DNA of 64,000 bases from Escherichia phage RudolfBernhard_Bas96. The stretch is from sequence record PQ850623.1; one strand, 5' to 3'. Positions within the stretch are counted from its first letter, which is position 1; each line of letters opens with the position of its first letter. Below are positions 39,985 through 49,150 of this stretch, piece by piece. Under the pieces are notes generated by a model. That model searched no databases. It was not told the origin of the DNA and saw only the letters and a list, made by a program, of their open reading frames with translations. Position numbers and translations under genes: made by a program.

Positions 39985-42138
39985 TTACTTGCCAGCGAAG
40001 CGTTTAGCCACGGTGACCATTACGGTTGAATTCAATTCATCATCCGGCAATGGATTAGCCAGTTTCTTATTGAATGAGTAGACGGCTTGCTGTACTTGAG
40101 CAAAGTCCCAACCACTGTCTACTAATGCCAGTGCGTATTTAATCATTTGATTATTACGATTACCGGAGGCAATACGACCAGCGAACCAACGCTCCAGATT
40201 GTCTAACGACTGTACTTCCTTCATCTGGTTCTGGAACTGCTCGTTCTTACTGGTACGGGGAATAAAGTCACGTACATCCAACAGATTCGCATCAAGATTG
40301 TAATGATAGGAACCAGTCTCACAGGACATCCACTTCTTGGCTCGTTGGTTAGCAGACTCATCCGTTTCGAATGGTAGCCAAGCCATAACGTTATTCATGA
40401 ACTCTTTGTATTCCTCAGTGTCGAGGTGTAGCTCATAGTTCATTGGAATAATCAGACGGAAGCGGTTCTCTTCTTCAGTATGACGCTTAGTGGTATAGGT
40501 CATGAACTTATATTCCTTCATCAGTTCATGGCACGTATGCAGTGGTACTCCTCCATCACAGTCAATAACAATCATGTTAAATCCTGGGATAACGTTCTCT
40601 TCAGAACGATGCCCATTCTTCATGTGATGGTTAACCCAGTGCATACCGGGAGCTTGGGTTAATACATGTAATTGGTCAAACGGTACTCGTTCACCAACAT
40701 AGTCATAAGCAAAGCTATCACTATATGCCACTATCATCTCATTGGTGTCAGTCTCTTTCAGAGTCTCACCACGGAAGAATTCAATACCCTCATTGAAGGT
40801 CTTCTTAATAATGATGTGCTGTTTGTAACCCCATGCTGTAGCAAGAGTCATCATCTCATTACGAGCTGCATTACCACTCTTATAGAACGGTAATGACTCC
40901 AGCAAGTCAGCATGAGTCACTTCTTTACCTACGGAGGCAATGTACTTAGCCAGCTTCACATAGGCTTTCTCACGATTGAGAATACCCTGGAATGCTGCCC
41001 CGGATTCTTCTACGAGCAGGATCGCTTGTTTAAGGTGAGACATCTCAATGAATGAACTCTGGTCAACAAACGCTAGTGCACCTGCCAGCTTAAGAGCCTT
41101 AAAGTAACGGTGGGAGATTTCAGCCTTACGAATTTCTTCGTGGTCAGCCATAGCTTCTGCTTTCTTCTCACAATCAATTTTGTAAGTAATCAGAGCAATT
41201 CCCACTGCATCTTCCACAACCATCTTAAAACCAAACAGGTTTGGGTCAGCCAGACTATGGAAGTGGTTAGCCCATTTACCAAGGGACTGTACGTTATCCT
41301 GCTTAATCAGGTTACGGTAGATTTCTTCCGGGGTCAGCGTTGCATGTGCTCGCTTGTCTAAATGCCCGATGGCAAACAGACAACGACGTGCATACCCTGT
41401 ATCAAGGAAATCATAGAACTGATCTTCAGTTTGCCCACCATCCAACAGCTTACTCGGAGTACCGAACAGCAGCAGGTTAGCAGGAGTCTTACCATCCAGT
41501 TCTTCACCACGAATACTTTCAGCAGTGTTCTTGGTTAACTTCTGTTTTACTTTCCCCTGGTCATATAACTCAAGGAACAGGTTAAGCACTTCAACGTTGG
41601 CAATGAGGTTAGAACCAATCTCATCAATCTGTAAGTTAATAGCACCACAACCAGCCATAAGCAGCTTGTGACGAAGCTGTTTTACAGCAGGTGCTGTACC
41701 AGAGTCGAATGTGAATGGGAATGCCCCAGCACGTTTATACTCTGCTTCAACTTTATCGAACTCATCATTCTGGTCAGTACCTTGACGAGCAGCACGTTCG
41801 TTAGCAATCTTCCATAAACGGTCATTTGCAATGACGGGCATGGTGTCTTCCATAAAACGTTTACGGAAGCCAGTCATGAACCCGTCTTCAATAATATTTA
41901 CCGAGTGACCTTTACCGAAACCAGATGTAGCCAACGCCATAGCGTAGATGTTTACCGGCAGGTCACCACGGTCTTTAGTTACGATGGTTGCACCCATGCA
42001 GGATGCCATTTTAGCCAAGAAGTAGGCTACTTCGACACGGAAGAATCCCCGGTCGTTATTCTGGGTTTTATTGCAGAGCACATCTACGATTTCTTCAATC
42101 GCCGGATGGTGCACTACTCCGGTAAGGTCAATACTCAT
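39985..42138 (-). CDS. Primase-like replication protein (N4 gp43-like by position); possible AEP-type motif
   Basis: ~717 aa; NMIVIDCDGG resembles the primase-polymerase hhhDxD motif; start at ATG 42136-42138 forming an ATGA overlap with the upstream nuclease stop. Confidence 0.35.
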   Translation of the reverse strand: MSIDLTGVVHHPAIEEIVDVLCNKTQNNDRGFFRVEVAYFLAKMASCMGATIVTKDRGDLPVNIYAMALATSGFGKGHSVNIIEDGFMTGFRKRFMEDTMPVIANDRLWKIANERAARQGTDQNDEFDKVEAEYKRAGAFPFTFDSGTAPAVKQLRHKLLMAGCGAINLQIDEIGSNLIANVEVLNLFLELYDQGKVKQKLTKNTAESIRGEELDGKTPANLLLFGTPSKLLDGGQTEDQFYDFLDTGYARRCLFAIGHLDKRAHATLTPEEIYRNLIKQDNVQSLGKWANHFHSLADPNLFGFKMVVEDAVGIALITYKIDCEKKAEAMADHEEIRKAEISHRYFKALKLAGALAFVDQSSFIEMSHLKQAILLVEESGAAFQGILNREKAYVKLAKYIASVGKEVTHADLLESLPFYKSGNAARNEMMTLATAWGYKQHIIIKKTFNEGIEFFRGETLKETDTNEMIVAYSDSFAYDYVGERVPFDQLHVLTQAPGMHWVNHHMKNGHRSEENVIPGFNMIVIDCDGGVPLHTCHELMKEYKFMTYTTKRHTEEENRFRLIIPMNYELHLDTEEYKEFMNNVMAWLPFETDESANQRAKKWMSCETGSYHYNLDANLLDVRDFIPRTSKNEQFQNQMKEVQSLDNLERWFAGRIASGNRNNQMIKYALALVDSGWDFAQVQQAVYSFNKKLANPLPDDELNSTVMVTVAKRFAGK

Positions 42139-43115
42139 GATGGAAAATATCTCTCTCTTTGTTTGCAAATAGATGCGACAGGGCAGTAAAGACATCTTTT
42201 AACCTGTCCCTCCACGACCTTGATAGCACCCTTGCCACCTTTTTCAGCCATGAAGATACGAGCAGATGCCATATCGTCAAAGTTTTTGGTACTTCTGGCT
42301 CCAGGTACATCTACCTTAGAAGCATCAGAGAAGTATTTGAACTGTGGCTCTGTTCGCCACAACTCCTCGTCAGTACATTCCGGGATTTCCTCTTCCGGTG
42401 CATCCCAGTACTTTTCGATTAGGTGAATCTTCTCCTCTACCCAACGCTCAGTTTTCTCGACAGACAGCAACGGAATATCCTTATGCATAATGCGATTAGC
42501 AGGATAGTTCGGATTGCTATTAGCCATGTGTTTCATGAAGTCAGTGAAGATGTAGTTAATACGGATTACATCCTCAGTAATGATGTCGTTGTGAATCCAA
42601 CGGTACAAGCTGCCTTGCATCTTGTGTTCATCATCACGGGAACCAGCAACCCAGGAATAGGTTGAGGTAGACTTGAAGTCTTGTAACAGACCTTCTGTTA
42701 CGATGTCGAATTTACCACCAATAGTCCATCCCTTAACCTGCTTGGTTCCACGCTGTTCAATGTAGATTGGGATAAGGTCAGGATTAGCAGCAAAGTCTGC
42801 TTTGGTTGGGTTAATGACTACTGCATCAATTACTCGCTGAGGATAACCTAGCTTCTTCAATGCAGTCTTATGGCCTAGCTTCCAGGCTTTCTCGATAGAA
42901 TCATGTAAGCCAGTACCCATTGATGTGGAGACGAAATCCATGACATCAATTGACTGGTCACTAAAATCTACACGATGCTTCATGACGATTTGCTTAATAG
43001 GCTTAAGCAATGTAGTAGCAGACAGGTACTTAGGATTGTCTACGTAATCGTACTCATCATGTAATAGCCATACAGCCAGAGCCAGTGAGACATCATGATT
43101 GTTGGTTACCTTCAT
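42135..43115 (-). CDS. PD-(D/E)xK family nuclease with C-terminal Cys cluster (Cas4/RecB-exonuclease-like)
   Basis: GGKFDIVTEGLLQDFK core-like motif and C-terminal ...KRCLYCPVASICK Cys cluster. Confidence 0.4.
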   Translation of the reverse strand: MKVTNNHDVSLALAVWLLHDEYDYVDNPKYLSATTLLKPIKQIVMKHRVDFSDQSIDVMDFVSTSMGTGLHDSIEKAWKLGHKTALKKLGYPQRVIDAVVINPTKADFAANPDLIPIYIEQRGTKQVKGWTIGGKFDIVTEGLLQDFKSTSTYSWVAGSRDDEHKMQGSLYRWIHNDIITEDVIRINYIFTDFMKHMANSNPNYPANRIMHKDIPLLSVEKTERWVEEKIHLIEKYWDAPEEEIPECTDEELWRTEPQFKYFSDASKVDVPGARSTKNFDDMASARIFMAEKGGKGAIKVVEGQVKRCLYCPVASICKQRERYFPS

Positions 43116-43377
43116 TGTAAGCCTTTTTCAATATTCGATTAGCATAATGCACAATCTTCTCTGAGTCGTACACCGAAGAGTTACCTGGTTTACCATTACC
43201 CATACGGGCAGCAGCATTTCGCCATAGAGCTTTAAAGGCACAACCTTCATCGAAGGTCATGCCCAGTGCTTGGATAATATCCTCACACTCTGCTTGATAT
43301 GGCTCTTGCTCTTTCCGTTGGGGATTCTTAATTAAAACTACATAGTAGTTATTAAGACCACCGGAGAGCTTAGTCAT
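43093..43377 (-). CDS. Hypothetical protein
   Basis: 94-aa ORF in replication operon. Confidence 0.3.
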   Translation of the reverse strand: MTKLSGGLNNYYVVLIKNPQRKEQEPYQAECEDIIQALGMTFDEGCAFKALWRNAAARMGNGKPGNSSVYDSEKIVHYANRILKKAYNEGNQQS

Positions 43378-43682
43378 TATTCCCCCTTGGGAATCATGTT
43401 TGCCTGGAACTCTGGTTCAGACATCAGACCCAGGTTGCTAAGAGACAGATAAACAATATCTTTCAGGTCAACTGAGGTGTCGAAACGCTGGTCCAGACTA
43501 ATCTTCAGGGAGTGATTGACACGGGCCAAATCTTTATAAGTCACATGAGGTTCGTCAGTGAGCAGCATTGTATTCATGGTAAGCAGGGAACCATCATCTG
43601 CTTTAGGAAGCTGGAAGATTACCTGTGCTGCCACCATCCAATGATACTTTTTGACGACGGTTTCTTTAGTACTTTTAGTCAT
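43377..43682 (-). CDS. Hypothetical protein
   Basis: 101-aa ORF overlapping the DNA polymerase stop by 4 nt. Confidence 0.3.
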   Translation of the reverse strand: MTKSTKETVVKKYHWMVAAQVIFQLPKADDGSLLTMNTMLLTDEPHVTYKDLARVNHSLKISLDQRFDTSVDLKDIVYLSLSNLGLMSEPEFQANMIPKGE

Positions 43683-46258
43683 GCGAATGCCTTTTGAATT
43701 ATTTGATTAACTTCTTCTGGGGTAGCGTGATTTGGAATCTCAATCTCGTTAGCCCACGTTGGGTAAAACAAGGATAGTTCCCCACCCAAACCAACTTCTG
43801 GATGAGCAATATCAGGATGGTCTTGCCAGTTAACGGCTTTAACCAAGTGCTTGTTCGTGTACTGCAAGGTATCCATGTTGTCACGAATCATGAAGTACTG
43901 AGCATCATGAATGTGAATACTAGGACGTATATCTAATCTGAACTCACTGGCTCTGACTTTACGCATAAATTCTGAACCAGCACGGTTATTCAGTAGACAC
44001 CAGCTTTGTCCCAAGGCATTACCAGCAGTTCTACCTTCAGCCTCTGCTTCATATGGAGTCTTACATGTCCCACGTAAAACCTGAGCCAGTAAAGGAGTAC
44101 GCACTCTCAAACCAAATGCAGCAGTTATATATCCAGTCTTGGCAGCTTCGTCTAGCTTAGCCTGAACCCACATATCACTAACTACATAGAGGTCGTGATA
44201 ACGTTTCTCTGTTGTTTTAGCTTTCTCTTCTGAGAAGCCACAGTTTTTCATCAAGCCCATGTACGTGCCACCATAGGTAAGCAAGAATGTTGGGGCTTTA
44301 GAATCACTACGCAAGTGCTTGTACTTCGTCTGAATAGAATTAATTGACTCAACTGTATCTACAATATCTGGCATCTGCTCACCGAAGTAAGCATACGCAC
44401 GAAGACTATGCCCATCGTAACCATCGGTATACACCTTAAGTTTCTGAGGGTCTTTCGTAGTCAATGCAGATATTCTGTCTTCCAGTGAGGCGAAGTCCAA
44501 ACCGCAAAATATCCAGCCAGGAGGGGCTTCGAAGCATTTCTTAATCTTCTTGGCATATTTAGAACCGGATGGAATTGTTTGTAGATTTGGCTCTGAAGCC
44601 GATAGCCTACCGGAGACTGTGCCTCCCAGATTGAGGTTGCCGAACAGATAGTGCCAGCCATCCGGCCCCGGTTGGGCATTCCTGAAAGCTGGTATAAAAC
44701 TAGTGATAATCTTATCCACGAGTTTATAGTCGATAAGTGCATTGAGCAGTTCCTTAACATCTTCACTCTGCGTATGTGTACGCAGTGCTTTAATAGTGTC
44801 ACCGTCAGTAGCAGGTTGCTTGCTCTTAGTAAGACTAAGAACCGGTAAACCAATGTAATCAAATAACAGTTTCTGTAATTGTGGACCGGAGTTAGGATTA
44901 AACTCGATGTCACAATCAGCCAATGTTACCTGCTTCTTCTTAAGCTTAGCATTCTTATCGTCTACCCATTCCTGACGAAGCATCAGGGTGAAATTCTTCA
45001 TGAGCTTAGACTCACGAATAGTTTTCAAAGCCTGGTTCCTGTCAGTTTCCATTTCTTCAGCCACTTGGTTAACGGTTTCCATATTCATAGGCATACCGGT
45101 TAACTGCATCTGAATAATGTCTTCACAGGCTGGTTTAAAGATGTTGTTGTAAACATCCAGTTGATCGTCAGCAATGAGAGTATCCCAGTGCTTCTCGTAG
45201 GTGTACCACGTACACAAACCATCAATGAGGTTGTAGCGTAACAGTTGCTCATTAGGAATAAGACGTATGTCTTTAATATCATCCTGAGCGTAGTTACCTG
45301 CATACTCCTGAGCCTGGTCTTTCAGACTAAGGTGATTACCAGCACAACTGTTAGTAGCCAGGTAGGTGATTAACTTAGTACAGTCCCAATTACGTAGCAT
45401 GATTTCCATGCCATGCAGTAAGCCTTCTGTATCAATCAGGTTATCCATGAATAACTGATAGATAAGTATGTACACGTCATAGCTAATGTTGTGATACATC
45501 TGCCGTTGAGTGTATTTAATGAAGAACTCACGCAATAGGTTACGAACAACATCATTCCTGTTGATACGCCCATAAGGAGCTTCAGTAGCCCCCTTAATTG
45601 GCTCGTAGTCCACATTAAAAGCTATGCCTTGTGTCTTACTCCAACAGAATGTAATCGTTCCTATGCCTGCGTTATAGTGCTTTAAACCGAAGGATTCGAT
45701 GTCTATAGCCAGAGGCTTATTCATCTCAAGCAACTGGTCTAGCCAGGCTTTAATCTTTTCGGGTGTATCTGGGTAGGCCTCAAACTCAATGATTCCCTGA
45801 CCTGGTTCAGCATACTGTCCACGAATGTGGTTAAGTAATGCATCCATACCCTGAGCAATCTTAGCTTTTACTACGGGTGGGTCGTAAAAGACCTGTCTGT
45901 AGCTGGGTGTATAGATAACCTTCTGCTTACCCCATACTGAGTCACAAACATAGCCGAGGTTAGCCTCTGCTTTAGCTTCTTTAGTCAGTATTTTGAAATA
46001 GTCAGAATCGGTACAGATAATGTACTGAGTCTCTGCATCGTCCAGTACTTGTTGCAGTTCCTGCTGTATGAACTCCTTAATCTCCCTTGCAGGAGTCTTC
46101 TTCTTGCCTGGGGCAGAATGAAGTTCAAGGAAGATGAAATCTTCCATACTTAGGTCATAAGGCAGCAGGTAGGTTTTAATCATCTCCTCCCTTCGGATTT
46201 GATGACCGAGGATAGCAATAGGATACTTGCCAGTATCCTGAGAGGTGATGTAACGCAT
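43679..46258 (-). CDS. DNA polymerase, family A (Pol I/T7-like) with 3'-5' exonuclease domain
   Basis: Exo I motif LAIDIESFGL; Pol motif A GLDFASLEDRI, motif B RSDSKAPTFLLTYGG, motif C IHIHDAQYF; AAGG RBS. Confidence 0.8.
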   Translation of the reverse strand: MRYITSQDTGKYPIAILGHQIRREEMIKTYLLPYDLSMEDFIFLELHSAPGKKKTPAREIKEFIQQELQQVLDDAETQYIICTDSDYFKILTKEAKAEANLGYVCDSVWGKQKVIYTPSYRQVFYDPPVVKAKIAQGMDALLNHIRGQYAEPGQGIIEFEAYPDTPEKIKAWLDQLLEMNKPLAIDIESFGLKHYNAGIGTITFCWSKTQGIAFNVDYEPIKGATEAPYGRINRNDVVRNLLREFFIKYTQRQMYHNISYDVYILIYQLFMDNLIDTEGLLHGMEIMLRNWDCTKLITYLATNSCAGNHLSLKDQAQEYAGNYAQDDIKDIRLIPNEQLLRYNLIDGLCTWYTYEKHWDTLIADDQLDVYNNIFKPACEDIIQMQLTGMPMNMETVNQVAEEMETDRNQALKTIRESKLMKNFTLMLRQEWVDDKNAKLKKKQVTLADCDIEFNPNSGPQLQKLLFDYIGLPVLSLTKSKQPATDGDTIKALRTHTQSEDVKELLNALIDYKLVDKIITSFIPAFRNAQPGPDGWHYLFGNLNLGGTVSGRLSASEPNLQTIPSGSKYAKKIKKCFEAPPGWIFCGLDFASLEDRISALTTKDPQKLKVYTDGYDGHSLRAYAYFGEQMPDIVDTVESINSIQTKYKHLRSDSKAPTFLLTYGGTYMGLMKNCGFSEEKAKTTEKRYHDLYVVSDMWVQAKLDEAAKTGYITAAFGLRVRTPLLAQVLRGTCKTPYEAEAEGRTAGNALGQSWCLLNNRAGSEFMRKVRASEFRLDIRPSIHIHDAQYFMIRDNMDTLQYTNKHLVKAVNWQDHPDIAHPEVGLGGELSLFYPTWANEIEIPNHATPEEVNQIIQKAFA

Positions 46259-46267
46259 AGCTTTACC

Positions 46268-46798
46268 TTAGAAGATCAGATGTGAAGCTGCATAGTACTC
46301 AATAGAAGGTAGAATCTTCTCATACTGTTTGATTGCCATAGCATCACCAGCAAGAGTCCAAGCTGCTTCACGAGTACGTGGTAGCCCTTTGTACTGACCA
46401 GTCTGGTCTTGTGCTACCAGACATTCAGGTAGAGCATCACGTACATCCTGATAGGACATACAACCACGAACCAGACGATATACAGTCTGGTTTACAAGGT
46501 GTACTTCCATAATCAGACGACTGGAGGCTTTCAGATACTTGTCCATTGCAGGCCAAAGTTCTGGATTAAGTGTTAACCGCTCACCGTAGGTTGGAGGTCT
46601 GGTAGCATTAGAACGCTGATAGAACTCCCCTTGATGAAGAAATCCAGCCGATACATCTACACCATTGATACGGTCATTCTTATCAATGATGCCATTTAAC
46701 ACACCATCAAGGCGAACCAGTTCTGCTAAGAACAGGTGCTTGACTATCTCACTACTATTGGCAACCTGACCAATAGTTGCTGAACCAATCTGAGGCAT
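46268..46798 (-). CDS. Hypothetical protein
   Basis: 176-aa ORF between helicase and polymerase. Confidence 0.35.
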   Translation of the reverse strand: MPQIGSATIGQVANSSEIVKHLFLAELVRLDGVLNGIIDKNDRINGVDVSAGFLHQGEFYQRSNATRPPTYGERLTLNPELWPAMDKYLKASSRLIMEVHLVNQTVYRLVRGCMSYQDVRDALPECLVAQDQTGQYKGLPRTREAAWTLAGDAMAIKQYEKILPSIEYYAASHLIF

Positions 46799-46808
46799 AT
46801 ACCCTCCC

Positions 46809-48119
46809 TTAGAAAGTTAGACCACCGTACTTACTGGCAAGATTGCCATAGAACACTACACGCTTACGGGCACGTGACACAGCGACGTAAAGCAGACGGG
46901 CAACCATATCAGGTTGGCGACAGCTTGAGAGGTCATTTGCATCAATGAAGATTGTGTCGTAAGTAGAGCCTTGTGATTTATGAACAGTACATGCATGAGT
47001 AGCACGCAGGTCTGGAATGGTTTCTTTAAGACGGAAGTAAGGTTCCCAGTTCTTCTCTTTACCTAACCACTTAACCAAACGGTTGAAGTAGTCTGGGTCA
47101 GTAGGAATTGGAACTTCACTAACAATACCACCATAACCAAGGTCTAGAGTACTATCACGGACTTCCAGTTCCAGGTCACCTGTAACCTTAATCATGCGAG
47201 TACTGCTATCCTGGTCAATGAGTTTTACGTCCTGCTCGATAGACAGACGGTCTTCCACGCCCAAGCGAACAGCAGAGTTAGATACCAACTGTTCACCAAT
47301 GGAGTATTCACCTACGTAGCCATTAGCTTCACGAATGTAGTTATTGTAATTAATAACCTGGTCATTGGTGTAAGCAACAATACGGCTATTGGTGGGTTGG
47401 GTGAAGTGACTGAGAACCAGTTTCTCCATCTCTTCCCCTTGCACCCAGTCAATAATGCCTGGAATACATTTAATAGGTAGGAAGCCTGTCTTACCTTCCA
47501 CCGTATCACGCAATTGCTGGTGCAATGCTTTGAGTTCTGGTGTATCGGTACGCATCTGTTCAGTCAGATAGTGTGTTGGGATATTGCCAGCATACACTGG
47601 AGACTTACTCTCTTTAACAGGTAGAAGCTGAGAAGCATCACCTACGAATACCAGTTTACACTGGTGAGTACCTTCACGAGCATACTTAAGTAACTGACGG
47701 TCAATCATGGATGCTTCGTCTACGAAGATAATTTTGTTCTTCTTAATATTGAATGATTTAGACGGTACAACATTAGCCTCACCAGTCTTAAAGTCATTCT
47801 TAACAATCAGCCCCTGAAAGGAATGATAGGTAGAGGTTGGACGCCCAGTAGCTTGAGCCAGAACTTCAGCAGCTTTGTTCGTGGTCGCAGTCATGACAAC
47901 TTCGTTATACAGGGGCTTGGTTCCCATTAGAGAACAGGTTTCCATATATGCAGGCATAGTGTCATCAATAAGGTGCGACATCAGGAATGTCTTACCAGTT
48001 CCTCCAGGTCCACTGATTCCGAACTCTGTGGCATTAGGGTCGAGCAGGAAGTCGAAGAACTCCTTCGCAACCGCTTCTTGCCCCTGGTTCAATGGGGCTT
48101 TGGTAGGTTTGGAAAACAT
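46809..48119 (-). CDS. SF1 DNA helicase (Dda/RecD-like)
   Basis: Walker A GPGGTGKTF, Walker B IFVDEASMID, C-terminal TVHKSQGSTYDTIFID; GGAGA RBS. Confidence 0.75.
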   Translation of the reverse strand: MFSKPTKAPLNQGQEAVAKEFFDFLLDPNATEFGISGPGGTGKTFLMSHLIDDTMPAYMETCSLMGTKPLYNEVVMTATTNKAAEVLAQATGRPTSTYHSFQGLIVKNDFKTGEANVVPSKSFNIKKNKIIFVDEASMIDRQLLKYAREGTHQCKLVFVGDASQLLPVKESKSPVYAGNIPTHYLTEQMRTDTPELKALHQQLRDTVEGKTGFLPIKCIPGIIDWVQGEEMEKLVLSHFTQPTNSRIVAYTNDQVINYNNYIREANGYVGEYSIGEQLVSNSAVRLGVEDRLSIEQDVKLIDQDSSTRMIKVTGDLELEVRDSTLDLGYGGIVSEVPIPTDPDYFNRLVKWLGKEKNWEPYFRLKETIPDLRATHACTVHKSQGSTYDTIFIDANDLSSCRQPDMVARLLYVAVSRARKRVVFYGNLASKYGGLTF

Positions 48120-48130
48120 TTAAATCTCCA

Positions 48131-48156
48131 GTAAAAAACCCTCCGTAGAGGGTTAG
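48131..48156 (-). terminator. Hairpin terminator (AACCCTC-TACGG-AGGGTT + T-run on minus strand) upstream of the helicase gene
   Basis: Stem at 48138-48155; minus-strand TTTTT immediately 3'. Confidence 0.45.
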
Positions 48157-48611
48157 ATGTAAGGGGTTAAATCCGGGGGAGTGTAGTCTTTCCCCTTCAT
48201 GACTTTCTTGTTCTCGTTGAAGATAGGTTCCCCATCTTCGAACTTGGAATAGTTTGAGCGATTGACTTCAGCCAATGCTCCAGGGACATTCATCCCAAGG
48301 AAAGTACCGACGCCAGTTGCTGTAACAATCTGATCTGCCAGTGCATCCAGTAGTTCTACTGAGTCTTTGATAACAATATTGTTATCCTTTTTAAGCAGGT
48401 TGCCTACATGGTCAATTGCTGCACGTAGTGCCTCGATTTGTGAGGCACGTTCCAGGTTTTTACTGGTAATAGCGTTTAGCATTTCTGCTACTTCTTCCAG
48501 ATGGCAACCAATCTGTGTATTGATGTTCTTACTCGTCGGATTCGGTACGGCTTTTAGAAACCATTGCCGTGTGTTTTCCAGCGTACAAACGGATGAACTT
48601 GTCATGCTCAC
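48153..48611 (-). CDS. Possible MazG-like all-alpha NTP pyrophosphohydrolase
   Basis: HLEEVAEMLNAI resembles the MazG EExxE metal-binding helix; weak call. Confidence 0.3.
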   Translation of the reverse strand: MSMTSSSVCTLENTRQWFLKAVPNPTSKNINTQIGCHLEEVAEMLNAITSKNLERASQIEALRAAIDHVGNLLKKDNNIVIKDSVELLDALADQIVTATGVGTFLGMNVPGALAEVNRSNYSKFEDGEPIFNENKKVMKGKDYTPPDLTPYI

Positions 48612-48954
48612 TCTCTTGGTTAAGGTGGCGATTATTATATGCCTCCAGAATCAAGTCCCTTACGTATGAACGAATCTCATAAGCAGGGCCAACTTGCTCT
48701 GATAGCCAATATACCACATGGGTTGGTAATGGACGGAGTACATTCTCCATGAACGTCCGACGTGTGTCGGCTGGTTCAATGTTTAAAGAACGCAATCGCA
48801 AAGTAACCGTAGTGGGGTGAACCCCCAACGTCTTAGCGATAGTTGCGAGGGACAGACCAACAGCATTCATACGAATGATGTCTTCATCAGTTGCTTTGCG
48901 ATTAACTCTGTAAACTTTACTCATAGTACATTTCCTCTTCAAATTTACCCTCAC
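48529..48954 (-). CDS. Helix-turn-helix DNA-binding protein
   Basis: GLSLATIAKTLGVHPTTVTLRL HTH-like segment; overlaps the downstream ORF by ~80 nt so one of the two boundaries is probably wrong. Confidence 0.35.
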   Translation of the reverse strand: MRVNLKRKCTMSKVYRVNRKATDEDIIRMNAVGLSLATIAKTLGVHPTTVTLRLRSLNIEPADTRRTFMENVLRPLPTHVVYWLSEQVGPAYEIRSYVRDLILEAYNNRHLNQESEHDKFIRLYAGKHTAMVSKSRTESDE

Positions 48955-49150
48955 TTTATTATAAGTGAGGGCATTTGAACAGGCTAGGACTGGTTCTTAT
49001 ACCATTCCCCGAACTCTTTCATTGCATCTTCTAAGGATAAGCCTTCGAAGAATTGACCAAAGTGTCCGTTGTACTTCACACAAATCCTTGTAACGGTTTG
49101 CTTTTGGGGTGTGATTACTTCCCGTATATCCACCTTATCAATGCTAACCA

